DNA from: an uncultured delta proteobacterium
GTDB taxonomy: Bacteria > Desulfobacterota > RBG-13-43-22
Assembly: GCA_963743305.1 (NCBI GenBank)
Contig: CAVUPH010000038.1
Span: forward strand, 1 to 19,536
Direction: 5' to 3'
Length of the DNA: 19,536 nucleotides
Shown: piece after piece, positions 7,714 to 17,270 of the stretch
How positions within the stretch are numbered: the first letter of the stretch is position 1
Layout: the number at the start of each line of letters is the position of its first letter
Notes under the pieces: generated by a model
What the model was told of the DNA's origin: nothing
Databases searched by the model: none
Seen by the model: only the letters and a program-made list of their open reading frames with translations
Position numbers and translations under genes: made by a program

Positions 7714-8902
7714 TTAAGCCTTTTCGATCAAAATGGCCTGTCCATGGCCGCTACCCCCACACAAGGCGGCCAGCCCCAGCTTCAGGTCCCGCTTTTCCAT
7801 TTCATGGATCAGGCTGACCACCAGCCGGCAGCCGCTGTTGCCAATGGGATGGCCCAGGGCAATGCCGCCGCCGTTGACGTTGACGATCTCCCGGTTCAGG
7901 CCCAGCTCCTTCTCCACTGCCACCGAGGGGGCGGCAAAGGCTTCGTTGATCTCGAACAGCTCGATAGCTTTCAAGGCCACCCCGGTCTGTTGCAATAGCT
8001 TCCGGATGGCCGGGATGGGGCCGATGCCCATGATCCGGGGATCCACTCCCACGGCCACCGAACTCACGATGCGCCATCTCCGTTTCATGGCCAATTGATC
8101 GGCCAGATCCCGAGAAACGACCAGCACCGCGGACGCCCCGTCGTTGAGCCCGGAAGAATTCCCGGCGGTCACCGTCCCGTCTTTTTTGAAGGCCGGAGGT
8201 AACTGGGCTAGCCCTTCCAACGTCGTTTCCGGACGCGGATGTTCATCCGTATCGAAGACGATATCTTTCTTACCCCGCTTGCCGGGGATCACCACCGGCA
8301 CGATTTCTTCTTTAAACCGTCCTTCTTCCAGGGCCTTCTTAGCCCGTTGCTGGCTGGTATAGGCAAATTCATCCTGGTCCTGACGGGAAACCTTGAATTG
8401 CTCGGCCACGTTCTCCGCTGTCATCCCCATGATCAGCTTGGAATATTGGTCGAACAACCCGTCCCAGACGCCGTCTGACAGTTCCTGGTGTTTGAGACGC
8501 AACCCCCACCGGGCGTTCTTAATGGAAAAGGGCACATTGCTCATGCTCTCCCCTCCCCCGGCGATAATGGCCTCCCCTTCTCCCAGGCGGATGCGCATCG
8601 AGGCGATCCGGATGGCCTCCATGGACGAACAGCAGGCCCGGTTAACGTGCACGGCCGAGACGTGTTCGGGAATCCCGGCCCGCAGGGCGGCGCAGCGGGC
8701 CAGGCCGTTTTCGTCGCTCCTGCACCATGACCACGCCCCAATAAATGTCTTCCAGCTTTTCCCGGGGGAAGTCCACCCGCTTACAGACCTCATCCATCAC
8801 CGTCGTGGCCAGTTTCTCGTGCAGCACGTCCCGCAACGACCCGCCGAAGGAGGCGATGGGCGTCCTAACGGCGGAAACAATGATCGGATCTTTTTTATCC
8901 AT
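7714..8902 (-). CDS. Thiolase (acetyl-CoA C-acyltransferase), one frameshift near 8720
   Basis: N-terminus AVRTPIASFGGSL, nucleophile region VNRACCSS, GGESMS, TAGNSSGLNDGA, NEAF, GHPIG and LCGGSG. AAGGAG RBS. Confidence 0.93.
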
Positions 8903-8961
8903 GGGTTTTGGTTCTCCTTAGTACGAAAAAAAAGATTTGGTTGCCTATTCCGGTTCCTAGG

Positions 8962-9066
8962 AAATCCCCCTAAATCCCCCTTTGACAAAGGGGGACTTTG
9001 CTCCCCCCTTTAGGAAAGGGGGGTGGGGGGGGATTTTCATGCTTTGCGGTGCTCGCCCCGAGCATT
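8962..9066. repeat. Double-hairpin repeat AATCCCCCT..CCCCCTTT-AAAGGGGG..CCCCCCTTT-AAAGGGGGG..GGGGATT, copy 1
   Basis: Two GC hairpins inside outer inverted arms; an inverted, diverged copy lies at 10731-10809. Confidence 0.75.
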
Positions 9067-9129
9067 GGGGTTTAGTCGGATTTCGGGTTTCGAATTTAGC
9101 TAAAACTTTCCCACTATTGTATACCTGGA

Positions 9130-10621
9130 TCATAAGGTTGGCGGAAAAGCCGGCAGGTCGGCATAATCGGGATGGCTTTTTCCGTCGTCGATCCCGGCGG
9201 CCCTTTTAGCCGCAGCCTTGTAGCGCCCAAAATCCGCCAACTGCAGAATGGACATCTTCTGGGCCTCCAGCGAGCCTTCGGCGTGGATGGTCAAAACGTC
9301 TTCATAGGAAGAGGTCAGGTCCCGGGCCAGCTTCATCATCCGGAAGCGATCTATGGTCGGGATACCGTCCCGGCCGGCCAGGTATTTTTCCACCATGGCC
9401 CGGGTCTCAGGATTCAGCAGATCTTTAGCGGAGGGCGCCGTGACCATGATCCCGCCGGCGATGTCCTGCAGGTATTTGGTGGCCGTATGCCAGTTGTCGG
9501 CAAACTGATATTTACAGATATTGGCGATCATCGGGTTGGGATAGACCAGGTCCGAACCTTCTTCCTGGATGCAATGTCTCCGCCGCCGCTTTTCCCAGCA
9601 CCTCGATGGATTCGGTGTACATGACCAGCCAGGTCAGTTTTTCCCGCACGTGGGCGGCCTTTTCGATGCCGTTGTACTCGGCCAGCAGGGCGGCCGCGCC
9701 GGTCACCAGCTCCAGTTCCATGGCCTTGTAGGTCTCGGCACTCAAGCGGTGAAAGTTGGCGAACATATACGCCACCTGGCCGGCGAATTCCCATTCCCCC
9801 TTGAGAAAGATGCGCTCGTTGGGAATAAAGACGTCCTCGAAGATGATCATGGCGTCGTTGATATAGACGGACCCGGAAATAGGGTGGTCCATCAGATTGA
9901 AGCCCTCGTGCACTTCCGGCTGGGCGGAGATAAGGGTCAGCCCCGGGGCGTTCACCGGGACCCCGAAGGCCACGGCATAGGCCCGGTCGTCTTCGCGCAT
10001 GGCCCGGCAGGGGGCCACCAGGATCTCGTTGCAGGCCGGGGCCTGGCTGATGTGGGCCTTGGCCCCCCGGACGACGATGCCGTCCTGGCGTTCCTCGACG
10101 ATATGGACGTAAAAATCCGGGTGCTGTTTCTGCTGGGAGGGACGCAGGCTGCGGTCGCCCTTGACGTCGGTTAGACCCATGGCGAAGGCCAGGTCGTTCT
10201 TCTGCAAGTGCCGGCGATAGGCGGCCACGTTGGCGGCATAGTGAGTCCCGTATTTCTTATCGATCCGCTCACCGACCACGGTCACCGCGTTCAGGCCGTC
10301 CTTGGCCACAAACTTGGCGCCGGAAGGTTTGCCGAAGGTGGCCCGGGCCCACAGTTTGACCATTTCTCGCAGCCGGAGCAGGTCTTCCCGGGTCCGCTGG
10401 GGCTGCAGGGCAAAACTGACCCGCTCTCCGTCTCCGTCCAGGTCGGTCAGCAGTTCCTGGTACCGAGGATCATTATTCATGACATAATCCATGGCCACCC
10501 ATTCGTTGCAGATCTTCAAAATAGGATGTTGGGTAACATCGGGTACCCGCTCCCCGTCGCAGTAAACCACCCGGCCGTCTCTGAGGCTGGCCAGATATTC
10601 TTGAGGTGTCTTGATTGCCAT
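9130..10621 (-). CDS. 4-hydroxybutyryl-CoA dehydratase / 4-hydroxyphenylacetate 3-hydroxylase (AbfD/HpaB) family flavoprotein, Cys-less variant; frameshift near 9570
   Basis: MAIKTPQEYLASLRDGRVVY, TDVKGDRSLRP, DGIVVRGAKAHIS, FEDVFIPNERIF, FANFHR, DIAGG, HAEGSLEAQK. AAGGAG RBS before the ATG at 10621. Confidence 0.9.
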
Positions 10622-10730
10622 TGGTATTCTCCTTTTTTCTTGATCAAAAATTAACAATTAAGATAATTGATTATTGATTGTTGGCCATGCTTCGAGACCC
10701 ATCTGACGCGCGATGGCGGCATCCCCGAGG

Positions 10731-10809
10731 CATGTACAATCCCCGCAATACCCTTTGCCGAAGGGGGGAGTCGAAGTCCCCCTTAGCATAGGCGGGATTT
10801 AAGGGGATC
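10731..10809. repeat. Double-hairpin repeat, copy 2 (inverted, diverged)
   Basis: The reverse complement GATCCCCTTAAATCCCGCCTATGCTAAGGGGGACTTCGACTCCCCCCTTCGGCAAAGGG...GGGGATT..CATG aligns with 8962-9041. Confidence 0.65.
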
Positions 10810-10851
10810 GGAAGAGCCAGATACGTACCAGCCGAACTTACTATTTTCGTG

Positions 10852-11336
10852 CTAAAACGTCCGGGAACAGGCGATCGTTTCATGCTCTTTCCCCCGGACG
10901 GAGAGGACGGGCACCGGGCAACGGCGAAAGACCTTTTCCGCCGTGGATCCGAACAGGGTATTGGCAATATTGGTTCGGCCTTTGGTCCCCATGACCACTA
11001 AATCCACTCCCTGATCCTTGACGATCTCCAGCAGTTCCACCCAGGGAACCCCGACCCGAAAAACCTGGACGACCTTTATTGTCTGACAACCGGTCTCTTT
11101 CAACAGTTGATCAGTTCTTGGCGGCTCGGTCCTGCTTTTGATCGGAGATAAATTTTTCCTTTGTTATCCCGACACTTTCCACTTTGCTGATGGCATCCAC
11201 ATCCCGTTGGTTGATAACGTTGACCACCACCAGAGCGGCGTTCAGATGAACCGGCCAAAAAGGCCGCGTAATTAAGGGTAGCCTTGGAATAATCGGAAAA
11301 ATCGACTGCGGCCATTATTTTATTAATCGGTCCCAT
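10852..11336 (-). CDS. Universal stress protein (UspA family), frameshifted
   Basis: MGPINKIMAAVDFSDYS...; C-terminus DLVVMGTKGRTNIANTLFGSTAEKVFRRCPVPVLSVR. GAGGAGG RBS. Confidence 0.88.
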
Positions 11337-11469
11337 CAATACCTCCTCGGTTATTATTAAATTCGGAGCTTCGCCCTCTGGGGGATACACCGGACACCTG
11401 CGAAGCATGAAAATACATGGACTTGCCAGCAAAGACGTCATTGCGAGCGGAGCTGGGACTATCTTCGTA

Positions 11470-12237
11470 CTAAGCTATGCCGTGCCACAGGCTCAACTCC
11501 TCATCCGTGGAAACGGTGCCGGTCACCCCGGAAGCATCCTGGGCGGCCAGGAAGAGAGCGCATTTGACCATCTTGTCCGCGGAAACCCAGCCCTGGCGCT
11601 CTTCCGGTTTGGTCCAGAAGCGCATCCCCTCGGTATCCACCGGTTCTTTGGGCTTCAGGCCGTTGACGGCGATATTGGATTGCCCCACCTCCACGGCCAG
11701 ACCATAGGTGAAACGGTCCAGCCCGGCCTTGGCCACGCCGTAGGCCACCCCGGTGGGGACGGTACCGGCGTCCCGTTCGTCGGCCGCCAGGGAGGAGATG
11801 TTGATGATGCTGCCCCTTTTCTGAGCGATCATGGCGGGCAGTACGGCCCGGGCGCATAAAAAGGCCCCGGTCAAGTTCACCCGCAGGACCGTTTCCCACC
11901 GTTTGAGCGGCGTTTCGATAATCGGGTAAAAGAAGGCCACCCCGGCGTTATTGACCAAAATATCGATGGTCCCGAAGGCCGCTATGGCCGCCTGCACCAT
12001 GGCCTGGACGCTTTCTTCCCGGGTCACGTCGCATTGAACCGGCAGGGCCTGGCCCCCCCCGGCTTCAATCGCGGCAGCGGTTTCCTGGATGCTCCCATCG
12101 AGCCCGCCCTCCCGGGGGACAAAGGAACGGGCCGCCAGGATGACTTGCGCACCCTCCCGGGCCAGCCCCAGGGCAATGGCTTTGCCGATGCCCCGGCTGG
12201 CTCCGGTGACGACGGCGGTTTTGTCTTTGAGAAGCAT
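11470..12237 (-). CDS. Classical SDR family NAD(P)-dependent oxidoreductase
   Basis: TGASRGIG, NNAG, NISS and YGVAK catalytic motif; 255 aa. Confidence 0.93.
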   Translation of the reverse strand: MLLKDKTAVVTGASRGIGKAIALGLAREGAQVILAARSFVPREGGLDGSIQETAAAIEAGGGQALPVQCDVTREESVQAMVQAAIAAFGTIDILVNNAGVAFFYPIIETPLKRWETVLRVNLTGAFLCARAVLPAMIAQKRGSIINISSLAADERDAGTVPTGVAYGVAKAGLDRFTYGLAVEVGQSNIAVNGLKPKEPVDTEGMRFWTKPEERQGWVSADKMVKCALFLAAQDASGVTGTVSTDEELSLWHGIA

Positions 12238-12275
12238 GGGTTTCTCCTAATTAAATTTTTCGATAAATCGTTCTT

Positions 12276-12289
12276 TGACTGAACGGTCA
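12276..12289. promoter_or_regulatory. Putative TetR operator TGACTGAACGGTCA upstream of the SDR gene
   Basis: Near-palindrome; the 12-bp core is the exact reverse complement of 17904-17915. Confidence 0.65.
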
Positions 12290-12354
12290 GTTACTCAGCC
12301 CCTGGGGTTACCCGTGGAGTTTCTATGATCGGCAACCGGTAACGGCCTTACCTC

Positions 12355-13674
12355 CTATCCGGCACCCAACAGCTTCCGCGGCAGCCAGGTAGCCAGCTCC
12401 GGAAACAGGATGCAGATGATCAGTAGGAGGGCCTGGATACCCACAAAGGGGACGACCGACCGGATAATATCCCCCATGGAAATATTCGACGGCACGATGG
12501 CCTTCATGTAGAAAAGATTGAAGCCGAAGGGCGGGGTCAGGTAAGCCATTTCCATGTTGACGATGAAGAGCAACCCGAACCAGACGGGATCGAAGCCCAG
12601 GGCCTTGATCACCGGCACGAAGACCGGCGTACAGATCATGATGATCCCTCCCGGGTCCAGCAACATCCCCAGAATGAAGAGCACCGCCTGCATGCCGATC
12701 AGGATCATATACTTGGAAACCGGCAGGGTGGCGATCACTTCCTGAATGAACTCCACGGCCCCGATGGCCGTGTAGAGGGAGGTGAAGGCCGTGCCCCCGA
12801 TGATGATCCAGACCACCATGCTGCTGAGCCGCAGGGTGGAGTAGCTCGATTCCGTGATCACCTTCCAGGTGAGGTTTCGGGACACGGCGGCGCAGATCAT
12901 AGCCCCCAAAGCGCCCAGGGCCGCCGCCTCGGTCGGAGTGGCTATCCCTTTAAAGATAGACCCCAGGACCAGGGCAATGAGGACCAGGGGCAGGATCACG
13001 GCCCGGAGGGATTCGAATTTTTCCTTCCAGGTAGCCCTTTTATCTTTGGGGAGGGCCGGCCCCAGATCCTTCTGAAAAAAACAGCGGATCAGGATATAGA
13101 AGATAAACATCAACCCCAGCAGGATCCCCGGGATAATGCCGCTGGCGAAGAGGGCGCCGATGGATTCCCCGGAAAAGAGGCCGTAGAGGATGAAGGGGAT
13201 GCTGGGCGGGATCAGGACGCCGAGGGCCCCGCCGGCGCTGATGCAGCCGATGGAGATGTCCTTGTCGTAGCCCCGCTGCAGCATGGAGGGCAGGGCAATG
13301 AGTCCCATGCTCACGGTGGCCGCCCCGCTGACCCCGACCATGGCGGCGAAGATCATACAGATGATCACCGTCCCCACGGCCAGCCCGCCCCGGACCCCGC
13401 CAAACCAGCGGTACATCATTTCGTACAGATCCCGGGCCAGCCCTGACTGTTCGAGAACGACGCCCATGAAGATAAAAAGGGGGATGGCGATGAGGATGAA
13501 ATTCTGCATGACCCCAAAGGAATTGGACGAGATCTGCATCAATCCCTGCGGCCCCCAGAGCAGGTAGGAAAAAATGACCGCCGCGCCGCCCATGACCATT
13601 ACCAGGGACGCGCCGGTGGCCAAAAACAGGAGCAGACCGACAAACAAAAGCGTGGTGATCAATCCGAGGTCCAT
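12355..13674 (-). CDS. dctM: TRAP transporter large permease
   Basis: Highly hydrophobic 439 aa from MDLGL; motifs AIPLFIFMG, GALGVLIPPSI, ATPTEAA, LTPPFG. Confidence 0.95.
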   Translation of the reverse strand: MDLGLITTLLFVGLLLFLATGASLVMVMGGAAVIFSYLLWGPQGLMQISSNSFGVMQNFILIAIPLFIFMGVVLEQSGLARDLYEMMYRWFGGVRGGLAVGTVIICMIFAAMVGVSGAATVSMGLIALPSMLQRGYDKDISIGCISAGGALGVLIPPSIPFILYGLFSGESIGALFASGIIPGILLGLMFIFYILIRCFFQKDLGPALPKDKRATWKEKFESLRAVILPLVLIALVLGSIFKGIATPTEAAALGALGAMICAAVSRNLTWKVITESSYSTLRLSSMVVWIIIGGTAFTSLYTAIGAVEFIQEVIATLPVSKYMILIGMQAVLFILGMLLDPGGIIMICTPVFVPVIKALGFDPVWFGLLFIVNMEMAYLTPPFGFNLFYMKAIVPSNISMGDIIRSVVPFVGIQALLLIICILFPELATWLPRKLLGAG

Positions 13675-13678
13675 GGGA

Positions 13679-14263
13679 CTACCCCTTTCTACCCGTCGAA
13701 CGAAGGGTTTGGCAATCGCGTATGAATTTGGCAATGGCCTGCAAGAGGAACAATAAGGCCCCCAGGGGGAGCATGATCCGGAAAGGATAGAGCGGGGGGC
13801 CCCATTGCGAGGAATCGTGCTCCAGGGTGGCCAGCGACCGCCAGGCCCCTTCTCCCCCTTTCCAGAGCAGGATGCCCAGAAAGGGGATGGTCAGAATAAA
13901 GAAAGTGACGATATCCAGGATGGCCCTGCCCCGCGGGGAAAAACGGCTGTAAAAGATATCCATGTTGACGTGTTTATTTTCCTTGGCCGTGTAGGCCCCG
14001 CCCAGGATGATGAAGGTGCCGAATAGCATGGCCGACATTTCCTGTGCCCAGACGGTCGGCGCGCCAAAAAAATAACGCTTGACCACGTCGTAACTGACCA
14101 TCAGGGCCAGTACCACGATCAATAGACCGGCCATTTTCCCCACCGACTCGCTGAGCCAATCGATGCCGGCCAGCAGGCCGCCCCCGCCCTTTGACGGGCG
14201 GGGAGCGGATTGTTCCTCCCGGGTGGCAGAGGGACCGGGATCTTGATTTTCTTCCCTGTTCAT
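13679..14263 (-). CDS. dctQ: TRAP transporter small permease
   Basis: About four hydrophobic segments; APTVWAQE and HVNMDIFY motifs; lies between dctP and dctM. Confidence 0.92.
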   Translation of the reverse strand: MNREENQDPGPSATREEQSAPRPSKGGGGLLAGIDWLSESVGKMAGLLIVVLALMVSYDVVKRYFFGAPTVWAQEMSAMLFGTFIILGGAYTAKENKHVNMDIFYSRFSPRGRAILDIVTFFILTIPFLGILLWKGGEGAWRSLATLEHDSSQWGPPLYPFRIMLPLGALLFLLQAIAKFIRDCQTLRSTGRKG

Positions 14264-14277
14264 GCCTCGCCTCCTGA

Positions 14278-15300
14278 TCAGTGGCCTTTTTCTTTCCGCA
14301 ATTCCTTCAACAGGTTGACCGCCTTGGCGGACAGGGCGTCCTTCTTGGACATCTCCGCCTCCAGCTCTTCGCCGACCTTATCCATTTTTTGCTGCTCGGC
14401 CGCGGGCAGGGTGACGAACTGGACCTTCCATTTCTTGGCCATGTCCTCCTTGGCGGCCTTGGTCAGTGCCCGGGAACTGGTGAAGCCTGCCAGACCGCCC
14501 TTCTGCAGGGAAGATTCGAGCGCGGCCCGCTGTTCGGGTTTCAGTTTTTTCCAGAGGTCCAGGTTGATCATGATGTTGTTCCAGGAGCCGATGATCGGTT
14601 CCGGTTCCATGTAGTTTTTAAGCACTTCCTGGAATTTCATTTCATACATGGGGCCCGCATCCCCCCAATGGGCGCCATCGACCACGCCGGTGGCCAGGGC
14701 GGTATACAATTCCCCGGCGGCGACTACCGTGGTGGAGGCACCCAGCTTGCCGAGGAAATCGGCCATGATCCCCATGGCCCGCAGCTTCATTCCTTTCAGG
14801 TCCTCCACCTTGTGGATCGGCTTCTTGGTCATCAGGCCGACCGAAAAGGGTTCATAAGGGATGATATAGACGTTGTGCTTGGCATAGCCTTCGCGCAGGA
14901 GGTTGAGGTAGCCCTTCTTGAACATGAATTCCCGGACTTCATCAAAGTTAATAAAGGAATAGGGCACTCCCTGGCCGATTTCGCTGACCGGGATGGCCTT
15001 ATACCAGAAGCCTTCCGGATACATGGCCAGATCGAGCGTGCCCTTGCCGACGGCGTCCATCATCTCCTTCACCGGGACGATGGCTCCCGCCGGGAAAATG
15101 GTGAGCTCCAGGGTCCCCTTGGAGGCCGCGGCCAGGTCCTGGACCAAGGTGGCCGTGACCCGCTTGGTCTGGGTCGGGATCAGGTGGGTCTGCATCCGCA
15201 GTTTGAGTTTGGGTTCATCCGCCGCACCGGCCAGCGTGCCGATGACAAACACCATGACCATTCCCAATACCAGTGCCCAAAAAACGTTTCTGTGCTTCAT
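14278..15300 (-). CDS. dctP: TRAP transporter substrate-binding protein
   Basis: Signal peptide; IFPAGAIVP, DLKGMKLRAMG (conserved carboxylate-binding Arg), ELYTALATGVVDG. GGAGG RBS. Confidence 0.95.
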   Translation of the reverse strand: MKHRNVFWALVLGMVMVFVIGTLAGAADEPKLKLRMQTHLIPTQTKRVTATLVQDLAAASKGTLELTIFPAGAIVPVKEMMDAVGKGTLDLAMYPEGFWYKAIPVSEIGQGVPYSFINFDEVREFMFKKGYLNLLREGYAKHNVYIIPYEPFSVGLMTKKPIHKVEDLKGMKLRAMGIMADFLGKLGASTTVVAAGELYTALATGVVDGAHWGDAGPMYEMKFQEVLKNYMEPEPIIGSWNNIMINLDLWKKLKPEQRAALESSLQKGGLAGFTSSRALTKAAKEDMAKKWKVQFVTLPAAEQQKMDKVGEELEAEMSKKDALSAKAVNLLKELRKEKGH

Positions 15301-15351
15301 ACTTTTTCCTCCTTTGGTAATTAATAAATTAATAATGGGTAATTAAAAATT

Positions 15352-15494
15352 GATGGTTTCGCAAAAAGTTGAAAAAGCCGTCATTGCGAGCGAAGCGAAG
15401 CAATCCCCACCTTGGCAAGTAGCTGAATATTGGAGATTGCTTCGTCGCTTCGCTCCTCGCAATGACAGCCTCGGGGACTTTTTGCGAAACCATC
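15352..15494. mobile_element. 143-bp MITE with perfect 18-bp TIR GATGGTTTCGCAAAAAGT and internal GTCATTGCGAG...CTCGCAATGAC palindrome, copy A
   Basis: TIRs at 15352-15369 and 15477-15494; flanking direct repeat AAAATT at 15346-15351 and 15495-15500. Confidence 0.85.
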
Positions 15495-15512
15495 AAAATT
15501 GATGATTGATTA

Positions 15513-17182
15513 TTAATTACGCTTTCCTCCGGCATTTTCCGTTTCCTCCTTGACCAGAATTCGTTTCAAAAGCTTCCCGGCCGCGCTTTTCGGCAGTTCT
15601 TCTCGAAACTCGACCAGGTGCGGGCGCTTATAGGCCGCCATATTTTCCTTGCACCAGTCCAGGATTTCCTTCTCCGAAATCTTCCCCGCATATTCCGGCT
15701 TCAGGATAATGAAGGCCTTGGGCGTCTCACCGCGATAGGGATCGGTGACCCCGATAACCGCTGTTTCTTTAACGGCCGGATGCCGGTAGAGCAGGGCCTC
15801 CACCTCGGCCGGAAAGACGCTGTACCCGGAGCACTTGATCAGCTCCCGTTTGCGGCCCAGGAACTTGACGTACCCTTCCTCGTCCATGAGCCCCAGGTCC
15901 CCGGTATGGAGCCGGCCGTCGCGGAGGACCTCGGCCGTCTCCTTCGGATTGTTCCAATAGCCGAGCATGACCACCGGCCCTTTGATGGTGATTTCACCCT
16001 CCTCGTTCGGCCCCAGTTCGCGCGTCCCGGTCTCCAGGTCGCGGATCTCGATCTCATTGAGCTGGGGAATGCCCAGAAAACCCGGTTTGTAGCGGTGGAG
16101 GGGAGTGACAGCTCCGCCGTGGGAGATGGTTTCCGAAAGGCCGTAGCCTTCGCCGATGGCTGCCCGGGGGGCCAGTTCTTTTAATTGATTCTGGAGTTCT
16201 ACCGAGATAGGGGTCCCGCCGGTCAACAGGACCCGGAAGGAAGAAAAATCGTATTGCCGGACATTGGGCAAACTGAGCAGGGCGATCATCATGGTGGTGG
16301 CCCCCACCCAGTAGGTACAGCGGTAATGGGTGATGGCCTGAGCCACCACCTCCGGAATAAACCGGGCGAGGATCACGATCCGCCCGCCGGAAACCAACGG
16401 GGTGCAGAGGAGTTGCTGTTGCCCCATGACATGGAAGAAAGGGGTCACCCCGAGGTGCACGTCATCCTCCCGGTGACGAAACCAGAACATAGCCCCTAAA
16501 TTAGCGCAGCTCAGGGTGTGGTGGCTGATCATGGCCCCTTTGGGCAGTCCCGTGGTCCCCCCGGTATACTGAAGGACGGCCAGTTCCTTCTCCAGGTCCG
16601 CTACCCGGCAGATGGGTCGATCGGAGGATCGTTCGAGGAGGTCCTGGAGGTCGATCGTGTCCGGAAAGAGGTGTTTGGGTTCCGTTGCTTCCTTGGGCAG
16701 AGGGAGGATGGGTTCGGGCGGGAGGTACTCACTAAGGGAAGTCAATATGACCTGTTTAAGCGGAGTCTCGGCTACGGACCTTTTCCAGCTCGGGATAAAG
16801 CGTATCGAGTCCGATCAGGGTTTCCGCCTGGGCGTCGTTCAATTCGTAATCCAGTTCGGCCTGTTTGAACATGGGGTTGACCGGCACCACGACCGCCCCG
16901 GCCCTTTGGATGCCGAAATAGGCAATGACGAACTGGGGACAGTTTTCCATGTGGATGGCCACCCGGTCGCCCGGTCTTGATTCCCAGATCCACCAGTCCC
17001 CAGGCGCACCGGTCGATCAGACTGTTCAACTCCTGGTAGGTGAAGTCCCGACCATGGAAACTGAGGGCGATGTGGCCGGGGGTCAGGAATGCCCAATCCC
17101 GAAGGTACTCGGAAGTCGGCTTTTCGACGGTAATCGTTTTTGGAACCCAGAGGGGCCAGACTTTATGCCAACGACGTTCCAT
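15513..17182 (-). CDS. Long-chain-fatty-acid--CoA ligase family AMP-forming acyl-CoA synthetase (frameshifts near 16975 and 16760)
   Basis: YTGGTTGLPKG, GYGLSE, HTGDLG, GRKRELIK and LPKSAAGK motifs. The N-terminus is split across ORFs 16772..17182 and 16756..16962. Confidence 0.92.
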
Positions 17183-17201
17183 AAACAGCCTCCCTTGAAG
17201 C

Positions 17202-17252
17202 GATGATTCAGTCTATTTTTATTTTGGTCTCTACTGGATTGAATGTTCAGTC
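17202..17252. promoter_or_regulatory. Two degenerate copies of the putative TetR operator upstream of the ligase (GATGATTCAGTC 17202-17213; GAATGTTCAGTC 17241-17252)
   Basis: 9/12 and 10/12 matches to GACCGTTCAGTC. Confidence 0.5.
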
Positions 17253-17270
17253 CAGAAACGCCCAAAAAAA

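Noticed and set aside
9130-10621. Annotation as a true abfD or hpaB
   Set aside because: The Fe-S cysteines of AbfD are absent. The HpaB RxPDY-type motif is also absent, and no flavin reductase gene is nearby.
13675-13734. Upstream start for dctM at 13734 (and for the abfD-like gene at 10657 and usp at 11441)
   Set aside because: The downstream ATGs at 13674, 10621 and 11336 have RBSs and match family N-termini; for dctM the later start also avoids overlapping dctQ.
14281-15324. 347-aa + strand ORF and similar long antisense ORFs (e.g. 6459-7052, 8393-9013, 9569-10174, 15618-16184, 17280-17993)
   Set aside because: They are shadows of well-supported minus-strand genes in GC-rich DNA and have no recognisable motifs.
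15329-15535. 68-aa ORF (VIARSEATKQS...) and other small ORFs at 8982-9209, 7645-7998 and 10671-10967
   Set aside because: They are translations of repeat elements or antisense overlaps.
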